From Ignavibacteriota bacterium (lineage in GTDB: Bacteria; Bacteroidota; Ignavibacteria; UBA10030; CAVZMI01), in NCBI GenBank assembly GCA_963776275.1, contig CAVZMI010000023.1:64001-128000 (forward strand): a stretch of DNA of 64,000 nt, given 5' to 3'. The position numbers and the translations under genes are program-made. How positions within the stretch are numbered: position 1 is the stretch's first letter; each line of letters begins with the position of its first letter. Positions 40,425 to 51,000 of the stretch are shown piece by piece. Below the pieces are notes generated by a model, which saw only the letters and a program-made list of their open reading frames with translations, did no database searches and had not been told where the DNA came from.

Positions 40425-41345
40425 ATGAACGGACTGAATCAGAATATATTGTTCCACACGGGATATGTGGCCATCGTCGGTGAGCCGAATGTCGGTAAAT
40501 CGACGCTCATGAATGCCCTTGTCGGTCAAAAACTCTCAATTGTCTCCAAGAAACCTCAGACAACCCGGCGGCGCATTCTTGGTATCGTTTCCGACGAGAC
40601 ATCTCAGATTGTGTTTCTCGATACACCCGGCATTATAAAACCGAAATATCTTCTTCATGAAGCCATGATGGCATATGCCGATTCGGCGTTGAAGGATGCG
40701 AATATCATCGTTGTTCTCGTCGATGTCACGCAACCAAGGATGGAGTCGAAAAGTACGCACGATGAAATGTGGAAAAAAATCGAACATTTACAGACGCCGA
40801 TCTTCCTTCTGTTGAATAAAATTGACAGGATTGAGAAGAATAATCTACTTCCCCTGATCGAATATTACATCAAAGGATTTATTTTCAAAGAGATACTTCC
40901 GATAAGTGCGCTGAATGGAGAAGGCCTCGATGAACTTAAGGAGACACTGAAGAAATATTTGCCTGAGCACCCGCCTTTCTATCCGCCCGATATCGTCAGT
41001 GAACAACCGGAACGATTCTTTGTAAGCGAGATCATTCGGGAAAAGATATTTAACCAATTCAGCAAAGAGATTCCCTATTCAACCGAAGTGGAGGTTATAG
41101 AATTTACCGAACATCCGGCAACGAAAGATTTTATTCGCGCCGAGATTATCGTGGAGCGTTCATCTCAGAAGGGAATACTGATCGGCAAAAAAGGGGCGGC
41201 GTTAAAGCATATTGGGGAAACAGCACGACGCGACATCGAAATATTTCTTGAAAGGCCGGTGTTTCTGGAGCTGTATGTTCGTGTCCGCGAAAAATGGAGA
41301 ACTCAAGCGGTCTGGTTAAAACGCCTGGGATATCCGGCGCATTAA
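40425..41345 (+). CDS. era: GTPase Era
   Basis: GEPNVGKSTL, KPQTTR, DTPG, NKID, KH domain (GILIGKKG); start reassigned to 40425. Confidence 0.96.
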   Translation: MNGLNQNILFHTGYVAIVGEPNVGKSTLMNALVGQKLSIVSKKPQTTRRRILGIVSDETSQIVFLDTPGIIKPKYLLHEAMMAYADSALKDANIIVVLVDVTQPRMESKSTHDEMWKKIEHLQTPIFLLLNKIDRIEKNNLLPLIEYYIKGFIFKEILPISALNGEGLDELKETLKKYLPEHPPFYPPDIVSEQPERFFVSEIIREKIFNQFSKEIPYSTEVEVIEFTEHPATKDFIRAEIIVERSSQKGILIGKKGAALKHIGETARRDIEIFLERPVFLELYVRVREKWRTQAVWLKRLGYPAH

Positions 41346-41379
41346 TAACGACATCAACCACTTTGATGGATCGGCATTT

Positions 41380-42597
41380 ATGACTGAAATCATTCCATTT
41401 CAAGGTATCACATACAATCCAGCGGGGATTCCCCTTTCGAAAGTCATTGCACCGCCGGCCGATACGATCACACCGGAGAAGCTGACCACGTTGTTGGAAC
41501 AGCATCCGCAAAATATCACCTGGATGATATATCCTCAGGCTGACTCTTCTGCTGTGGAATCTGTCCGGATTTTCCAGGAATGGAGTTCAGAAGGGGTGCT
41601 CCTGACGGAAAAGAATCCTGTTATCTATGTTGTCGAACAGATTTTCCGTACCTCAGAGGGAAAACAGCAACGGAGACGGGGATTTATAGCACTCTGGAAA
41701 TTCGATGATCAAACCGCTACGATCAATCAATCACTCACTCGAAGTCTGGATTGGATCGGTGATACCGGAATATGGCCAACACCGCTGGTTGTTATATATG
41801 ACGATTCGACGCGAAGAATCGATCGGTATATCAGTTACGCAGTCCGATCCGTCCCGGTTGTTGATGTAACGGCCGATGATGTCCGGACAACCATGTGGAA
41901 ATTGAATGAAGGGGGAGCCATTGCCGGGATTATTCGGGAAATTAGAGAAAAACATGTTGGTGTAACCGGGGATGGAACAGATATCTCAACGGCTTGTGCA
42001 CTTAGGTCGGCGCATCCACATCATGCTGGACCTGAGCCATATAATTATGTTTCCACGCTGTTTGTCAACGCCGGCGAACCGGGTCTTGTCAGCGTTCCAA
42101 TGCATCGCATCTGTACATTTCATCGCGAATTCTCAACTGAAGATATTAAAAGTCGATTGGGACAGATCTTTACACTGACCGAACTTGAAGATAGAAATGA
42201 ATTGATTATAGGGATGGCCCAATATGGTTCACATGCTGTCGGGATAGGATTTTCTGGCGAACATCGATATTCACTTGCGGTGCTGAAAGAGCCCGTTGAT
42301 TATGAAAATCCAGATGGAGCAATACCGATAAGATATGCTCTGAAGCTTTTTGATGATGTGATTCGGACCATCAATGGTAACGGTTCGGATACTCTGAAAG
42401 TCAGATATACCAGCGATACAGTAAAAGTCTGGAATGCACTAGAATCCAGCGAAGCACAGGTTGTCTGTTTCGCGAATCCAACACCGGTGGAAACCATAGT
42501 TGCTGCGCTGTCGTCGAGACTTCCGATTCCGGAGGGAATAATAGATTTTTACCCCCATCTTCCTCTGGGATTGGTACTCCAAACATTTCATGAATGA
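41380..42597 (+). CDS. DUF1015 family protein (divergent)
   Basis: IIPFQGITY..VIAPP.D.I, IYV.EQ.F..RRGFI, C-terminal FYPHLPLGLV. Confidence 0.75.
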   Translation: MTEIIPFQGITYNPAGIPLSKVIAPPADTITPEKLTTLLEQHPQNITWMIYPQADSSAVESVRIFQEWSSEGVLLTEKNPVIYVVEQIFRTSEGKQQRRRGFIALWKFDDQTATINQSLTRSLDWIGDTGIWPTPLVVIYDDSTRRIDRYISYAVRSVPVVDVTADDVRTTMWKLNEGGAIAGIIREIREKHVGVTGDGTDISTACALRSAHPHHAGPEPYNYVSTLFVNAGEPGLVSVPMHRICTFHREFSTEDIKSRLGQIFTLTELEDRNELIIGMAQYGSHAVGIGFSGEHRYSLAVLKEPVDYENPDGAIPIRYALKLFDDVIRTINGNGSDTLKVRYTSDTVKVWNALESSEAQVVCFANPTPVETIVAALSSRLPIPEGIIDFYPHLPLGLVLQTFHE

Positions 42598-42663
42598 AAC
42601 TTGGATAGAAAAGATGATGTTACAATTTCTAGACGGTCCTTATAATACAAACTGATATTTTTT

Positions 42664-44742
42664 ATGATCAATATGAGAATAAAAACCCTTATTACTCTCA
42701 TGTTTACCGTCTCGTTGATCTACGGTCAGGAGATGAAATTCTTACCGAATCTTAAAAGTATACAACCATGGATGGCGCATGAAGGATTATCGGGTATCGA
42801 TACGGGAATTGTTCACCAAGAACTCAATATCAATCTTGTCGATGGATTAAATTCCGACACCGCGTTGTATTCTGTTTATCAACGAATTACATGTAGATAT
42901 GATTCACCCACCCCGCGTCCGGTGACTTTTGACGCTGAGTCTACACTTATAATCGATTCGGTGAGTATCAAGGGGAGCCCAAAATCTGTAGCACGTGATG
43001 CACATCAGCTGACGGTTCAACTTTCAACGCAGGATTTCACATCTGACAGTTGTATCATTGATCTCTGGTATCGTTATGTGGGGAGTGGGCTAAAAGGATT
43101 CTTTTATTATAAGAAAAACCCTCCACAGACTCTTGAACCCCTTGCCTATACTTTCACAGAACCGGATGATTCGCCTTACTGGTTCGTTACAAAAAATGAT
43201 AATCGTATAAAACCGACACTGGCCATGAATATTACTGTTCCTGAGGATTATAAGGTAGGTTCCAACGGAATTCTCACTGATACGATCTCGAACCCGAATG
43301 GCTCGGTAACGTTTCAATGGCGCGAAAATCATCCGATCGCAATGTACCTCACGGCATTTGCTGCCTCAAAGTATAATACATTCTCGGATTACTACCATAG
43401 GGTGGGTAACCCACACGACAGCGTTGAGATCAAATATTATGTATGGTACGATGATTATGACATGCCCATTACGAGCACGATCACATACAGTGCCAAACGA
43501 TGCTTTGTGAATGTTGTAGATATGATGGAGTACTATTCCAGAATATTTGGTGAATATCCCTTCGAAAAATACGGAATGGTCGCTGTTAATCCTTTTAAGG
43601 CCGGAGGAATGGAGCATCAAACGCTCACAACAATTCATCGGAATTGGATCAGGGTGCAGCAGGGGCATGAATATGGTTTTAGTGAGGGTGGAATTGCTCA
43701 CGAGATGGTTCATCAATGGTTCGGCGATTTAATTACATGTGGGACATGGGCAGATATCTGGCTGAATGAAAGTTTTGCCACATACGGCGAAAAACTGTGG
43801 CAGGAGCATTTTTATGGAAAGCAGAAGTTCAACGATTTAATGCGCACCACGATGAATTTTAATGGAAGTGGGTGGCAGAATCCGATTTATGTCAATCCGC
43901 CGCCTCCAAATTTATTTAATGATGTTGTATATAATAAAGGATCCTGGGTACTTCACATGCTCCGTTATGTCATGGGCGATTCAAGCTTCTTTACCCTTCT
44001 TAAAACGTATGCAACCGATCAGAGTTTTTATTTTAAAACTGCGCTGACGTCACAATTTGCCGACCTTGCTTCACAAATTGCCGGACAAGATCTGTCACAA
44101 TTTTTTGACCAGTGGATATATCACACAGGCTGGCCTGTGTATGAATATTCATCGCTTCAATCACCATCATCGGATGGGTATACCATCTGGTTGCTTCTGT
44201 CGCAAGTACAAAACGATCCGATAAAATCGGGGAATATTCCACGTGATGGGACTGTCTTTGTGATGCCGGTACAACTTCGATGTTATATGAATGGGAAAGA
44301 CACACTTATCACAGTGATGAATACCCGACAGCATGAGGCTTTTTCATTCATTTTACCGCAACATGTCGACAGCATTGTTGTCGACCCTGATAACCGAATC
44401 CTGAAGCAGTTCTACGATCCACAGACCATACCGTATCCCGGCTTAAATATTTCAACACTACCGACGGAATTCAAATTGTATCAAAATTATCCTAATCCGT
44501 TCAATCCATATACTATTATTCGTTATGATATCCCACAAAGGACCCATGTAATATTGAGTGTGACGGACATACTAGGTCAGGAGGTCCGGCGGCTTATCGA
44601 CAACGTCAAAGAAGCAGGGAAGCAGAGCGTTGTCTGGGATGGACGAAATAAAGACAGCCTATTACTTTCCAGCGGGGTATATTTCGCGACGCTTCGTGCT
44701 GGCAATTTTCAGTCGACACAAAAAATGCTTATTCTACGGTGA
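42664..44742 (+). CDS. M1 family zinc aminopeptidase with T9SS-type CTD
   Basis: GGMEH, HEMVHQWFG-x-WLNESFATY, YNKGSWVLHML, C-terminal QNYPNPFNP. Confidence 0.92.
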   Translation: MINMRIKTLITLMFTVSLIYGQEMKFLPNLKSIQPWMAHEGLSGIDTGIVHQELNINLVDGLNSDTALYSVYQRITCRYDSPTPRPVTFDAESTLIIDSVSIKGSPKSVARDAHQLTVQLSTQDFTSDSCIIDLWYRYVGSGLKGFFYYKKNPPQTLEPLAYTFTEPDDSPYWFVTKNDNRIKPTLAMNITVPEDYKVGSNGILTDTISNPNGSVTFQWRENHPIAMYLTAFAASKYNTFSDYYHRVGNPHDSVEIKYYVWYDDYDMPITSTITYSAKRCFVNVVDMMEYYSRIFGEYPFEKYGMVAVNPFKAGGMEHQTLTTIHRNWIRVQQGHEYGFSEGGIAHEMVHQWFGDLITCGTWADIWLNESFATYGEKLWQEHFYGKQKFNDLMRTTMNFNGSGWQNPIYVNPPPPNLFNDVVYNKGSWVLHMLRYVMGDSSFFTLLKTYATDQSFYFKTALTSQFADLASQIAGQDLSQFFDQWIYHTGWPVYEYSSLQSPSSDGYTIWLLLSQVQNDPIKSGNIPRDGTVFVMPVQLRCYMNGKDTLITVMNTRQHEAFSFILPQHVDSIVVDPDNRILKQFYDPQTIPYPGLNISTLPTEFKLYQNYPNPFNPYTIIRYDIPQRTHVILSVTDILGQEVRRLIDNVKEAGKQSVVWDGRNKDSLLLSSGVYFATLRAGNFQSTQKMLILR

Positions 44743-44751
44743 TATTGATCG

Positions 44752-46641
44752 ATGAATATTCCTGAGGAGAATATTGACATTCATATCCGCATTACAAAGG
44801 GGGATTTTTCACTCAAAGAAAAACTCGAAATGCTTCCCACCGACCCCGGCGTGTATCTTCATAAAAACAGCGAAGGAAAGGTGTTATATGTAGGTAAAGC
44901 CAAGAATCTGCGGAATCGTGTCAGACAATATTTCCAGAAATCGCGTCCACAAATTCCCCGTATTGAGCGGCTCATATCACAGATCTCTGACATCGAACTT
45001 CTTATCGCCGATTCCGAAGTCGAAGCATTAATCCTGGAAGCAAACCTCATAAAAAAATATTCACCGCGCTATAATGTCTCATTGAAAGATGACCGGAGCT
45101 ATCCCTATATCGTCATCACGAATGAACCGTTTCCCCGGGTCTTCGTGACCAGACGAATTATCAAGGATGGATCGAAATATTTCGGACCGTACACCGATGT
45201 GACGAGCGTACGATCGGCTCTTAAAACAATACATGAGATTTTCAAGATTCGGAGCTGCAATTACTACATTGATGAAGAAGTCGTAGCGCGGAAGAAAATC
45301 CGTGTGTGCCTTGATTACCATATTAAAAAATGCGACGGTCCCTGTGAAGGTCTAATCAGCCGTCAGAAGTATTGTGAGATGATCGGTGGTGTTGAACAAT
45401 TATTGAAAGGTAAGATTAACGATCTTGTAGCGACACTCGAATTCGAAATGCAACAACATTCTGAACGGCTTGAATTCGAAGCTGCCGGAGAGTTGCGCGA
45501 CAAGATCAATGCGCTCAGGGTTTATACCGAAAAGCAAAGTGTTGTCGATCTTGAACGCAGCGAACGCGATGTTGTGGCATATGCGATCGAAAAGGACGAT
45601 GCATGCGGGGTAATCTTTAAAATCAGGGATGGAAAGGTCATCGGGCGTCAGCATTTTTATATGAGCAATGTTGAGGGAAGGGATGCGGAGGAAATTCTGG
45701 AAAGTCTAATTGAAAGGTATTACCTCGAGGCGGAAGATATTCCGGTGGAGATTCTTCTTGCGGATCCTATCAAGGATACTGACACGCTTTCAAAATGGCT
45801 TTCGGAAAAGTCACACCAGAAGGTTTCGATAGGAATTCCGTCGAGTGACGACCAAAAAAAGCTTATTAAATTCTGTCAGACGAATGCACGGTATCTCCTG
45901 GAAGAACTTAAAGTGCAGAAATTGAAGTACGAGGAATTAATTCCTAAGAGTGTCGCCGCTCTTCAGTATGATCTCCGACTTCCCAAAGCCCCGCGGCGGA
46001 TTGAATGCTTCGATATTTCAAATATTCAGGGGAGCGATACAGTCGCATCAATGGTGGTTTTCATGGACGGAAAGTCAAGGAAGTCGGGTTATAGGAAATT
46101 CAAGATAAAGACTGTCGAAGGCCCTAACGATTTTGCCAGTATGCAGGAAGTTATTGAACGCCGGTATCAGCGGCTCCTTGAGGAACAGGGGAATTTTCCG
46201 GATCTCATCGTTGTTGACGGAGGAAAAGGGCAGCTCTCAGGTGCTGTAGAAGTGCTTCATCGGCTGGGCGTTACGGGGCAGCCGATCATCGGACTGGCGA
46301 AACGGCTTGAGGAAATCTTTCTTCCTGGTGAGAGCGAGCCGCTTCAACTGCCGAAAACTTCGTCCGCGTTGCGACTCCTCCAGCGGCTGCGCGATGAAGC
46401 GCACAGGTTTGCAATCACTTATCACAGACAGCTCAGATCGCGCCGTACTCTCCAGACCGAACTGGACCTGATCAAGGGGATAGGTAAAAAACGGGCAAAG
46501 GAGCTTCTCGAGACTTTTGGCTCAGTCCAAGGGGTAAAGTTTGCCACGCATGAACAGCATGTCGAAGTTGTCGGTGAAAAAGTGGCACAGAAGATCGCAG
46601 AATATTTTTATGTTGATGAAGAAATATCGGAATCACAATAA
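44752..46641 (+). CDS. uvrC: Excinuclease ABC subunit C
   Basis: PGVY..LYVGKAKNLRNRV, RIECFDISN, DGGKGQL, RDEAHRFA, HhH. Confidence 0.98.
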   Translation: MNIPEENIDIHIRITKGDFSLKEKLEMLPTDPGVYLHKNSEGKVLYVGKAKNLRNRVRQYFQKSRPQIPRIERLISQISDIELLIADSEVEALILEANLIKKYSPRYNVSLKDDRSYPYIVITNEPFPRVFVTRRIIKDGSKYFGPYTDVTSVRSALKTIHEIFKIRSCNYYIDEEVVARKKIRVCLDYHIKKCDGPCEGLISRQKYCEMIGGVEQLLKGKINDLVATLEFEMQQHSERLEFEAAGELRDKINALRVYTEKQSVVDLERSERDVVAYAIEKDDACGVIFKIRDGKVIGRQHFYMSNVEGRDAEEILESLIERYYLEAEDIPVEILLADPIKDTDTLSKWLSEKSHQKVSIGIPSSDDQKKLIKFCQTNARYLLEELKVQKLKYEELIPKSVAALQYDLRLPKAPRRIECFDISNIQGSDTVASMVVFMDGKSRKSGYRKFKIKTVEGPNDFASMQEVIERRYQRLLEEQGNFPDLIVVDGGKGQLSGAVEVLHRLGVTGQPIIGLAKRLEEIFLPGESEPLQLPKTSSALRLLQRLRDEAHRFAITYHRQLRSRRTLQTELDLIKGIGKKRAKELLETFGSVQGVKFATHEQHVEVVGEKVAQKIAEYFYVDEEISESQ

Positions 46642-46658
46642 TCAGGTAAAGGTCTGCA

Positions 46659-47330
46659 ATGAATTTTTCAGAACTCCAGCCTTCACCGGATGTGCGGATT
46701 GAGCTTGGTGTCTCTCTTTTGAAAGCACACCGATATGAAGAGGCTGTGAAAGTGTTAAGAGGTGTAATTGACGAAGTTCCGGAGAGTCCCGGTGCACATT
46801 ATAATCTCGGAGTGGCGTACGGATTATTAAACCGGCACGAAGAAGCTGTTCGAGAACATCGAGAAGCCCTTCGAATCAATCCGGGTTTCGTGTGGGCACA
46901 CAATGATCTTGCAGTATCGTACGGACGACTGGGAAAGTACGAAGAAGCCTATAGAGAGCTCATCGAGGTTATCCGGCTCAAACCTGACGAAGCCGATTCG
47001 CATTATGCCATGGGATGGACACTGTTTAATCTTGGTCGTTTTGAAGAATCTCTCGGTTCATTCCAGAAAGCACTCGTGCTCAATCCATCCCTTGCCGAAG
47101 CATATCAAGGACTCGGGTTATCGTACGCTTCGCTTGACCGGTATGCTGAGGCCGTCCAGGCTCACACAAAGGCAATAGAAATCAAACCCGATTACACCGA
47201 AGCATATTTCGGACGGGGAGCTGCATATGCAATCTCGGGTAACTCGGCGGCAGCAATGATCGAAGTGGAAACATTAAAAAAGCTTGATTCTGCAATGGCT
47301 GAGATTTTGATGAAACTCATCGGATCGTAA
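46659..47330 (+). CDS. Tetratricopeptide repeat protein
   Basis: About six 34-aa TPR motifs. Confidence 0.88.
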   Translation: MNFSELQPSPDVRIELGVSLLKAHRYEEAVKVLRGVIDEVPESPGAHYNLGVAYGLLNRHEEAVREHREALRINPGFVWAHNDLAVSYGRLGKYEEAYRELIEVIRLKPDEADSHYAMGWTLFNLGRFEESLGSFQKALVLNPSLAEAYQGLGLSYASLDRYAEAVQAHTKAIEIKPDYTEAYFGRGAAYAISGNSAAAMIEVETLKKLDSAMAEILMKLIGS

Positions 47331-47355
47331 CTCTTTCTTTAAAAAATATTTTCAC

Positions 47356-49347
47356 TTAATCTTCGATTTTTGCACGCATTGAATCCCATGTTGCATAAGC
47401 AACGAGAAGAATGAACATCCCGAGCCCAAGAATTTGGGCATAATCCGTTTCGACCCATGTTGCCAGATACCAATCGGGCAAATTGAATTTCTGAATGCCA
47501 AACCTCTGGAAGGCGCTCAATACTCCAAAAATTGACCCCCCGGCGATGAAGCCTGATGCTATGAGTGTTCCGCGTGATAAGCGTGCATTGTTGAGCTTTT
47601 CGTTTTTCGACCACGTGCTGACAAAATGGGCGATCAATCCTCCGACAACGAGAGGGAGATTAAGTTCGATCGGTATATACATGCCGAGGGCGAATGCAAG
47701 TGGTGAAATATTCACCATTGTCAAAATCAATGCAATGATGGCGCCGATGAAGTAGAGCATCCAGGGGACCTGAGCATGCGACATGAGCGGCTGTATGACG
47801 GCTGCCATGGCATTTGCCTGTGGAGCTGCAAGTTGTCCGGTTTTAAACCCATACGTGTCGTTCAGTATGAGAATTACCCCACCGACTGTTACCGCCGAGA
47901 GTAACACACCGAGGAACTTCCACATTTCTTGTTTTTTGGGGGTCGATCCGATCCAGTATCCGATCTTCAAATCGGTAATAAATCCGCCGGCAACAGAGAG
48001 CGCTGTGCAGACCACGCCGCCGATAATGAGGGCACTGACCATTCCGGATGAACCGGTAAGGCCGAACTGAACGAGAACGACCGACGAGATGATTAATGTC
48101 ATTAATGTCATTCCGGAAACAGGATTCGTACCGACAATAGCCGTGGCGTTTGCGGCAACGGTTGTGAAAAGGAATGATATGATAAAGACGAGGAGAAGAC
48201 CGATCAGTGCCTGGGTCAGGTTAAAGACGACGCCGGCGTAGAAGAAGATAAAAATCAGTAACGCCGTCAGAAGGAGTAAGAGTACGACAAATAACATCCG
48301 GATGTCGGTTTGCCATCGGACATTTGTTTCGGAGGCCATCGCCCTTCCCCGAACGATTTCGCGATAGGCAAGGGAAAATGCTCCAACAATAATTTTTGAC
48401 GATTTCAAAATTCCGACGATACCGGCCATTGCAATACCGCCGATTCCGATGTGACGAACATAGGTGCGGAATATTTCTTCGGCGGACATTGAAGAGATGA
48501 GTTTTGTTGTTGAAGCACCGAGTGTCACAGTGAGCGATTGTCCGATTTCGTAAAAAAGCGGAACCAGCACCAGCCACGACAGCAGCGAACCTGCAGCAAG
48601 GATAGCCGAGTACCGGAGTCCGATGATGTACCCCAGCCCGAGTACCATTGCGGAGATGTTGAATCGCACGACAATTTTTGTTTTATCGGCAATCATCGCA
48701 CCCCAGGCAAACATACGTGTTGTGATCACTTCTGCCCATGCACCGAAGGAGCTGAAGAGGAAATCAAAAAAACCGCCGATGAGTCCGCTCACAACGAGAA
48801 CAAGTGCCTGGGCGCCTCCTTTTTCTCCTGCTACCAGAATCTCGGTGGTTGCCGTGGCTTCGGGAAAGGGCAATTTACCGTGCATATCTTTCACAAAATA
48901 TTTTCGGAACGGGATGAGGAACAGAATCCCTAAAAAACCTCCAAGTGCAGAAGCGCAAAAGAGCTGGAAAAACGAGGTCGGGAGATCAAGGATATATAAG
49001 GCAGGGATTGTGAAAATCGCTCCGGCAACCACAACACCCGAACAGGCGCCAATCGACTGGATGATAACATTTTTACCGAGAGAATTTTTTATGGTAAATA
49101 ATGCCGACAAGCCGACCGCGAGGATAGCGATCGGGATGGCTGCTTCAAAGACCTGACCGATTTTCAATCCTGAATATGCAGCCGCAGCCGAGAAAAGAAC
49201 AGCCATGGCCAATCCCCAGAAGACAGACCATGGAGTAACCTCTGGATATATTTCAACTGGATCGATGATAGGACGATATTCTTCTTCCGCTTTTAATTCC
49301 TTGTATGCATTCGCTGGAAGTCCAAGCTTCGAGTCAGGTGGTTCCAT
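47356..49347 (-). CDS. OPT family oligopeptide transporter
   Basis: GLKIGQVFEAAIPIAI, LPFPEATAT, NPVSGMTL, DLKIGYWIG, APQANAM. Confidence 0.93.
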   Translation of the reverse strand: MEPPDSKLGLPANAYKELKAEEEYRPIIDPVEIYPEVTPWSVFWGLAMAVLFSAAAAYSGLKIGQVFEAAIPIAILAVGLSALFTIKNSLGKNVIIQSIGACSGVVVAGAIFTIPALYILDLPTSFFQLFCASALGGFLGILFLIPFRKYFVKDMHGKLPFPEATATTEILVAGEKGGAQALVLVVSGLIGGFFDFLFSSFGAWAEVITTRMFAWGAMIADKTKIVVRFNISAMVLGLGYIIGLRYSAILAAGSLLSWLVLVPLFYEIGQSLTVTLGASTTKLISSMSAEEIFRTYVRHIGIGGIAMAGIVGILKSSKIIVGAFSLAYREIVRGRAMASETNVRWQTDIRMLFVVLLLLLTALLIFIFFYAGVVFNLTQALIGLLLVFIISFLFTTVAANATAIVGTNPVSGMTLMTLIISSVVLVQFGLTGSSGMVSALIIGGVVCTALSVAGGFITDLKIGYWIGSTPKKQEMWKFLGVLLSAVTVGGVILILNDTYGFKTGQLAAPQANAMAAVIQPLMSHAQVPWMLYFIGAIIALILTMVNISPLAFALGMYIPIELNLPLVVGGLIAHFVSTWSKNEKLNNARLSRGTLIASGFIAGGSIFGVLSAFQRFGIQKFNLPDWYLATWVETDYAQILGLGMFILLVAYATWDSMRAKIED

Positions 49348-49401
49348 CTGAATACTCCTACATGATGATCGTTTCTATGGTGTATGTGATTACGGTAAGT
49401 T

Positions 49402-50655
49402 TCACTCAATACTTTTTTCGACCCAGATTTGGACAAGATGTATGATAGTCTCGAGTGATTTTTCCATACCGTACACCGAGAGCCATTCGGTGTGACCGTG
49501 ATAATTTTGTCCGCCGGTAAAGATATTCGGAGTCGGTAGGCCTTTCTCGGTCAAACGCGAGCCGTCGGTGCCGCCCCTGATCGGGACCCATTTCGGTTCG
49601 ATGCCCGTCCGTTTCACCGCTTCCCAGACGCAATCGAGAATACGCAGATCTTTTGTAAGGCCGTCGCGCATGTTGCGGTAGGACTCGGTGATTTGGAGTT
49701 CGAACCGTGCTTTTGGATGGAGAGGTTGCACTTCGGAAATGATCTTTTTAAGAATCTCTGCCTGCTTTTTCAATCCTTCGGTTTCAAAATCACGAAGAAG
49801 GAATTTCAGCGTTGATTTTGCTTCTTCGCCCTCAAGGACATGGGGGTGAATATATGGTTCATAACCCTCGGTGGTCTCCGGGGCCATGTCTTTCGGAGTA
49901 CGGACGATGACATCGGCAATTGCGCGAATGGAATTCACCATAATGTTCTTTGCAGTCCCCGGATGAATGTTTCTTCCGTGTATAGTGATGGTCGCGCTGT
50001 CTGCACTGAATGTCTCCTTATTCAGTTCACCGGTTGTATCACCGTCGAGGGTATAAGCGACATCGGCTCCGAATTTCTTTATATCGAAATATTTCGTGCC
50101 CGCGCCTACTTCTTCATCGGGAGTAAATGCGATCTTAACATCGCCGTGTAGGATCTCCGGATTGCTCAGGAGCACCTCTGCGGCTGTCATAATGATGGCA
50201 ACGCCCGCTTTATCGTCGGCTCCGAGAAGCGTTGTACCATCGGATGTAATGATTGTTTTGCCGATATTATTTTTCAGCTCAGGATTTTCAGACTCTTTGA
50301 TCACGACCGACGTATCGCCCGGGAGGATGATATCGCCGCCCCGGTAGGTGATGATCTGGGGTTTGACATTTGATCCGCTTGCTGATGGTGATGTATCAAC
50401 ATGAGCAATCAATCCGATTTTCGGAACTTTCCCGATAGCTGCATGTGTCGACGGTATATTTGATGGAATAGTGGCGATGACATAACCATAGTTGTCAATA
50501 CGTGTATCCTTGACGCCGATGGCCTGGAGCTCTTTCAACAGCAGAGAAAGCAGGTCGAGTTGTTTAGCCGTACTCGGATATTCGACCGAATCGTCTTTGG
50601 ATTGTGTATCGATCTTCACATAGCGCAGGAATCGTTCAAGGGCCGTCTCATTCAT
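49402..50655 (-). CDS. pepT: Peptidase T (tripeptide aminopeptidase)
   Basis: RFLRYVKIDTQS, AHVDTS, LLGADDKAG, FTPDEE, IRGGTDG, PNIFTGG. Confidence 0.96.
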   Translation of the reverse strand: MNETALERFLRYVKIDTQSKDDSVEYPSTAKQLDLLSLLLKELQAIGVKDTRIDNYGYVIATIPSNIPSTHAAIGKVPKIGLIAHVDTSPSASGSNVKPQIITYRGGDIILPGDTSVVIKESENPELKNNIGKTIITSDGTTLLGADDKAGVAIIMTAAEVLLSNPEILHGDVKIAFTPDEEVGAGTKYFDIKKFGADVAYTLDGDTTGELNKETFSADSATITIHGRNIHPGTAKNIMVNSIRAIADVIVRTPKDMAPETTEGYEPYIHPHVLEGEEAKSTLKFLLRDFETEGLKKQAEILKKIISEVQPLHPKARFELQITESYRNMRDGLTKDLRILDCVWEAVKRTGIEPKWVPIRGGTDGSRLTEKGLPTPNIFTGGQNYHGHTEWLSVYGMEKSLETIIHLVQIWVEKSIE

Positions 50656-51000
50656 ATTTATTCCTCAGAATTTAAGGCGTGGATTTCTTTAGTGAATGAA
50701 GATAGCAAGAAACGCGGAAAAAAACATTATAAAAACCGATTACACACCCCATCCCATACAAAGTGATATACACGACTGCCCGAAATGCGCCGAGTAAACC
50801 GGCTTTTTTAAGAAGAAAGAAGTGTTCATCCGTTATACCGATTCATGAACCTTGGTTAAGCAAGGATTTCGGTAGCTTGTTTCATATGTGAAAATTTTGT
50901 TTATTTCATATAAGTATCCCTAGATCACCTCAATAGACATATACCTCGATGCTCTTTATCAAAGGATTGACTAACCTGTGATTGATAGGATGAGCAACGT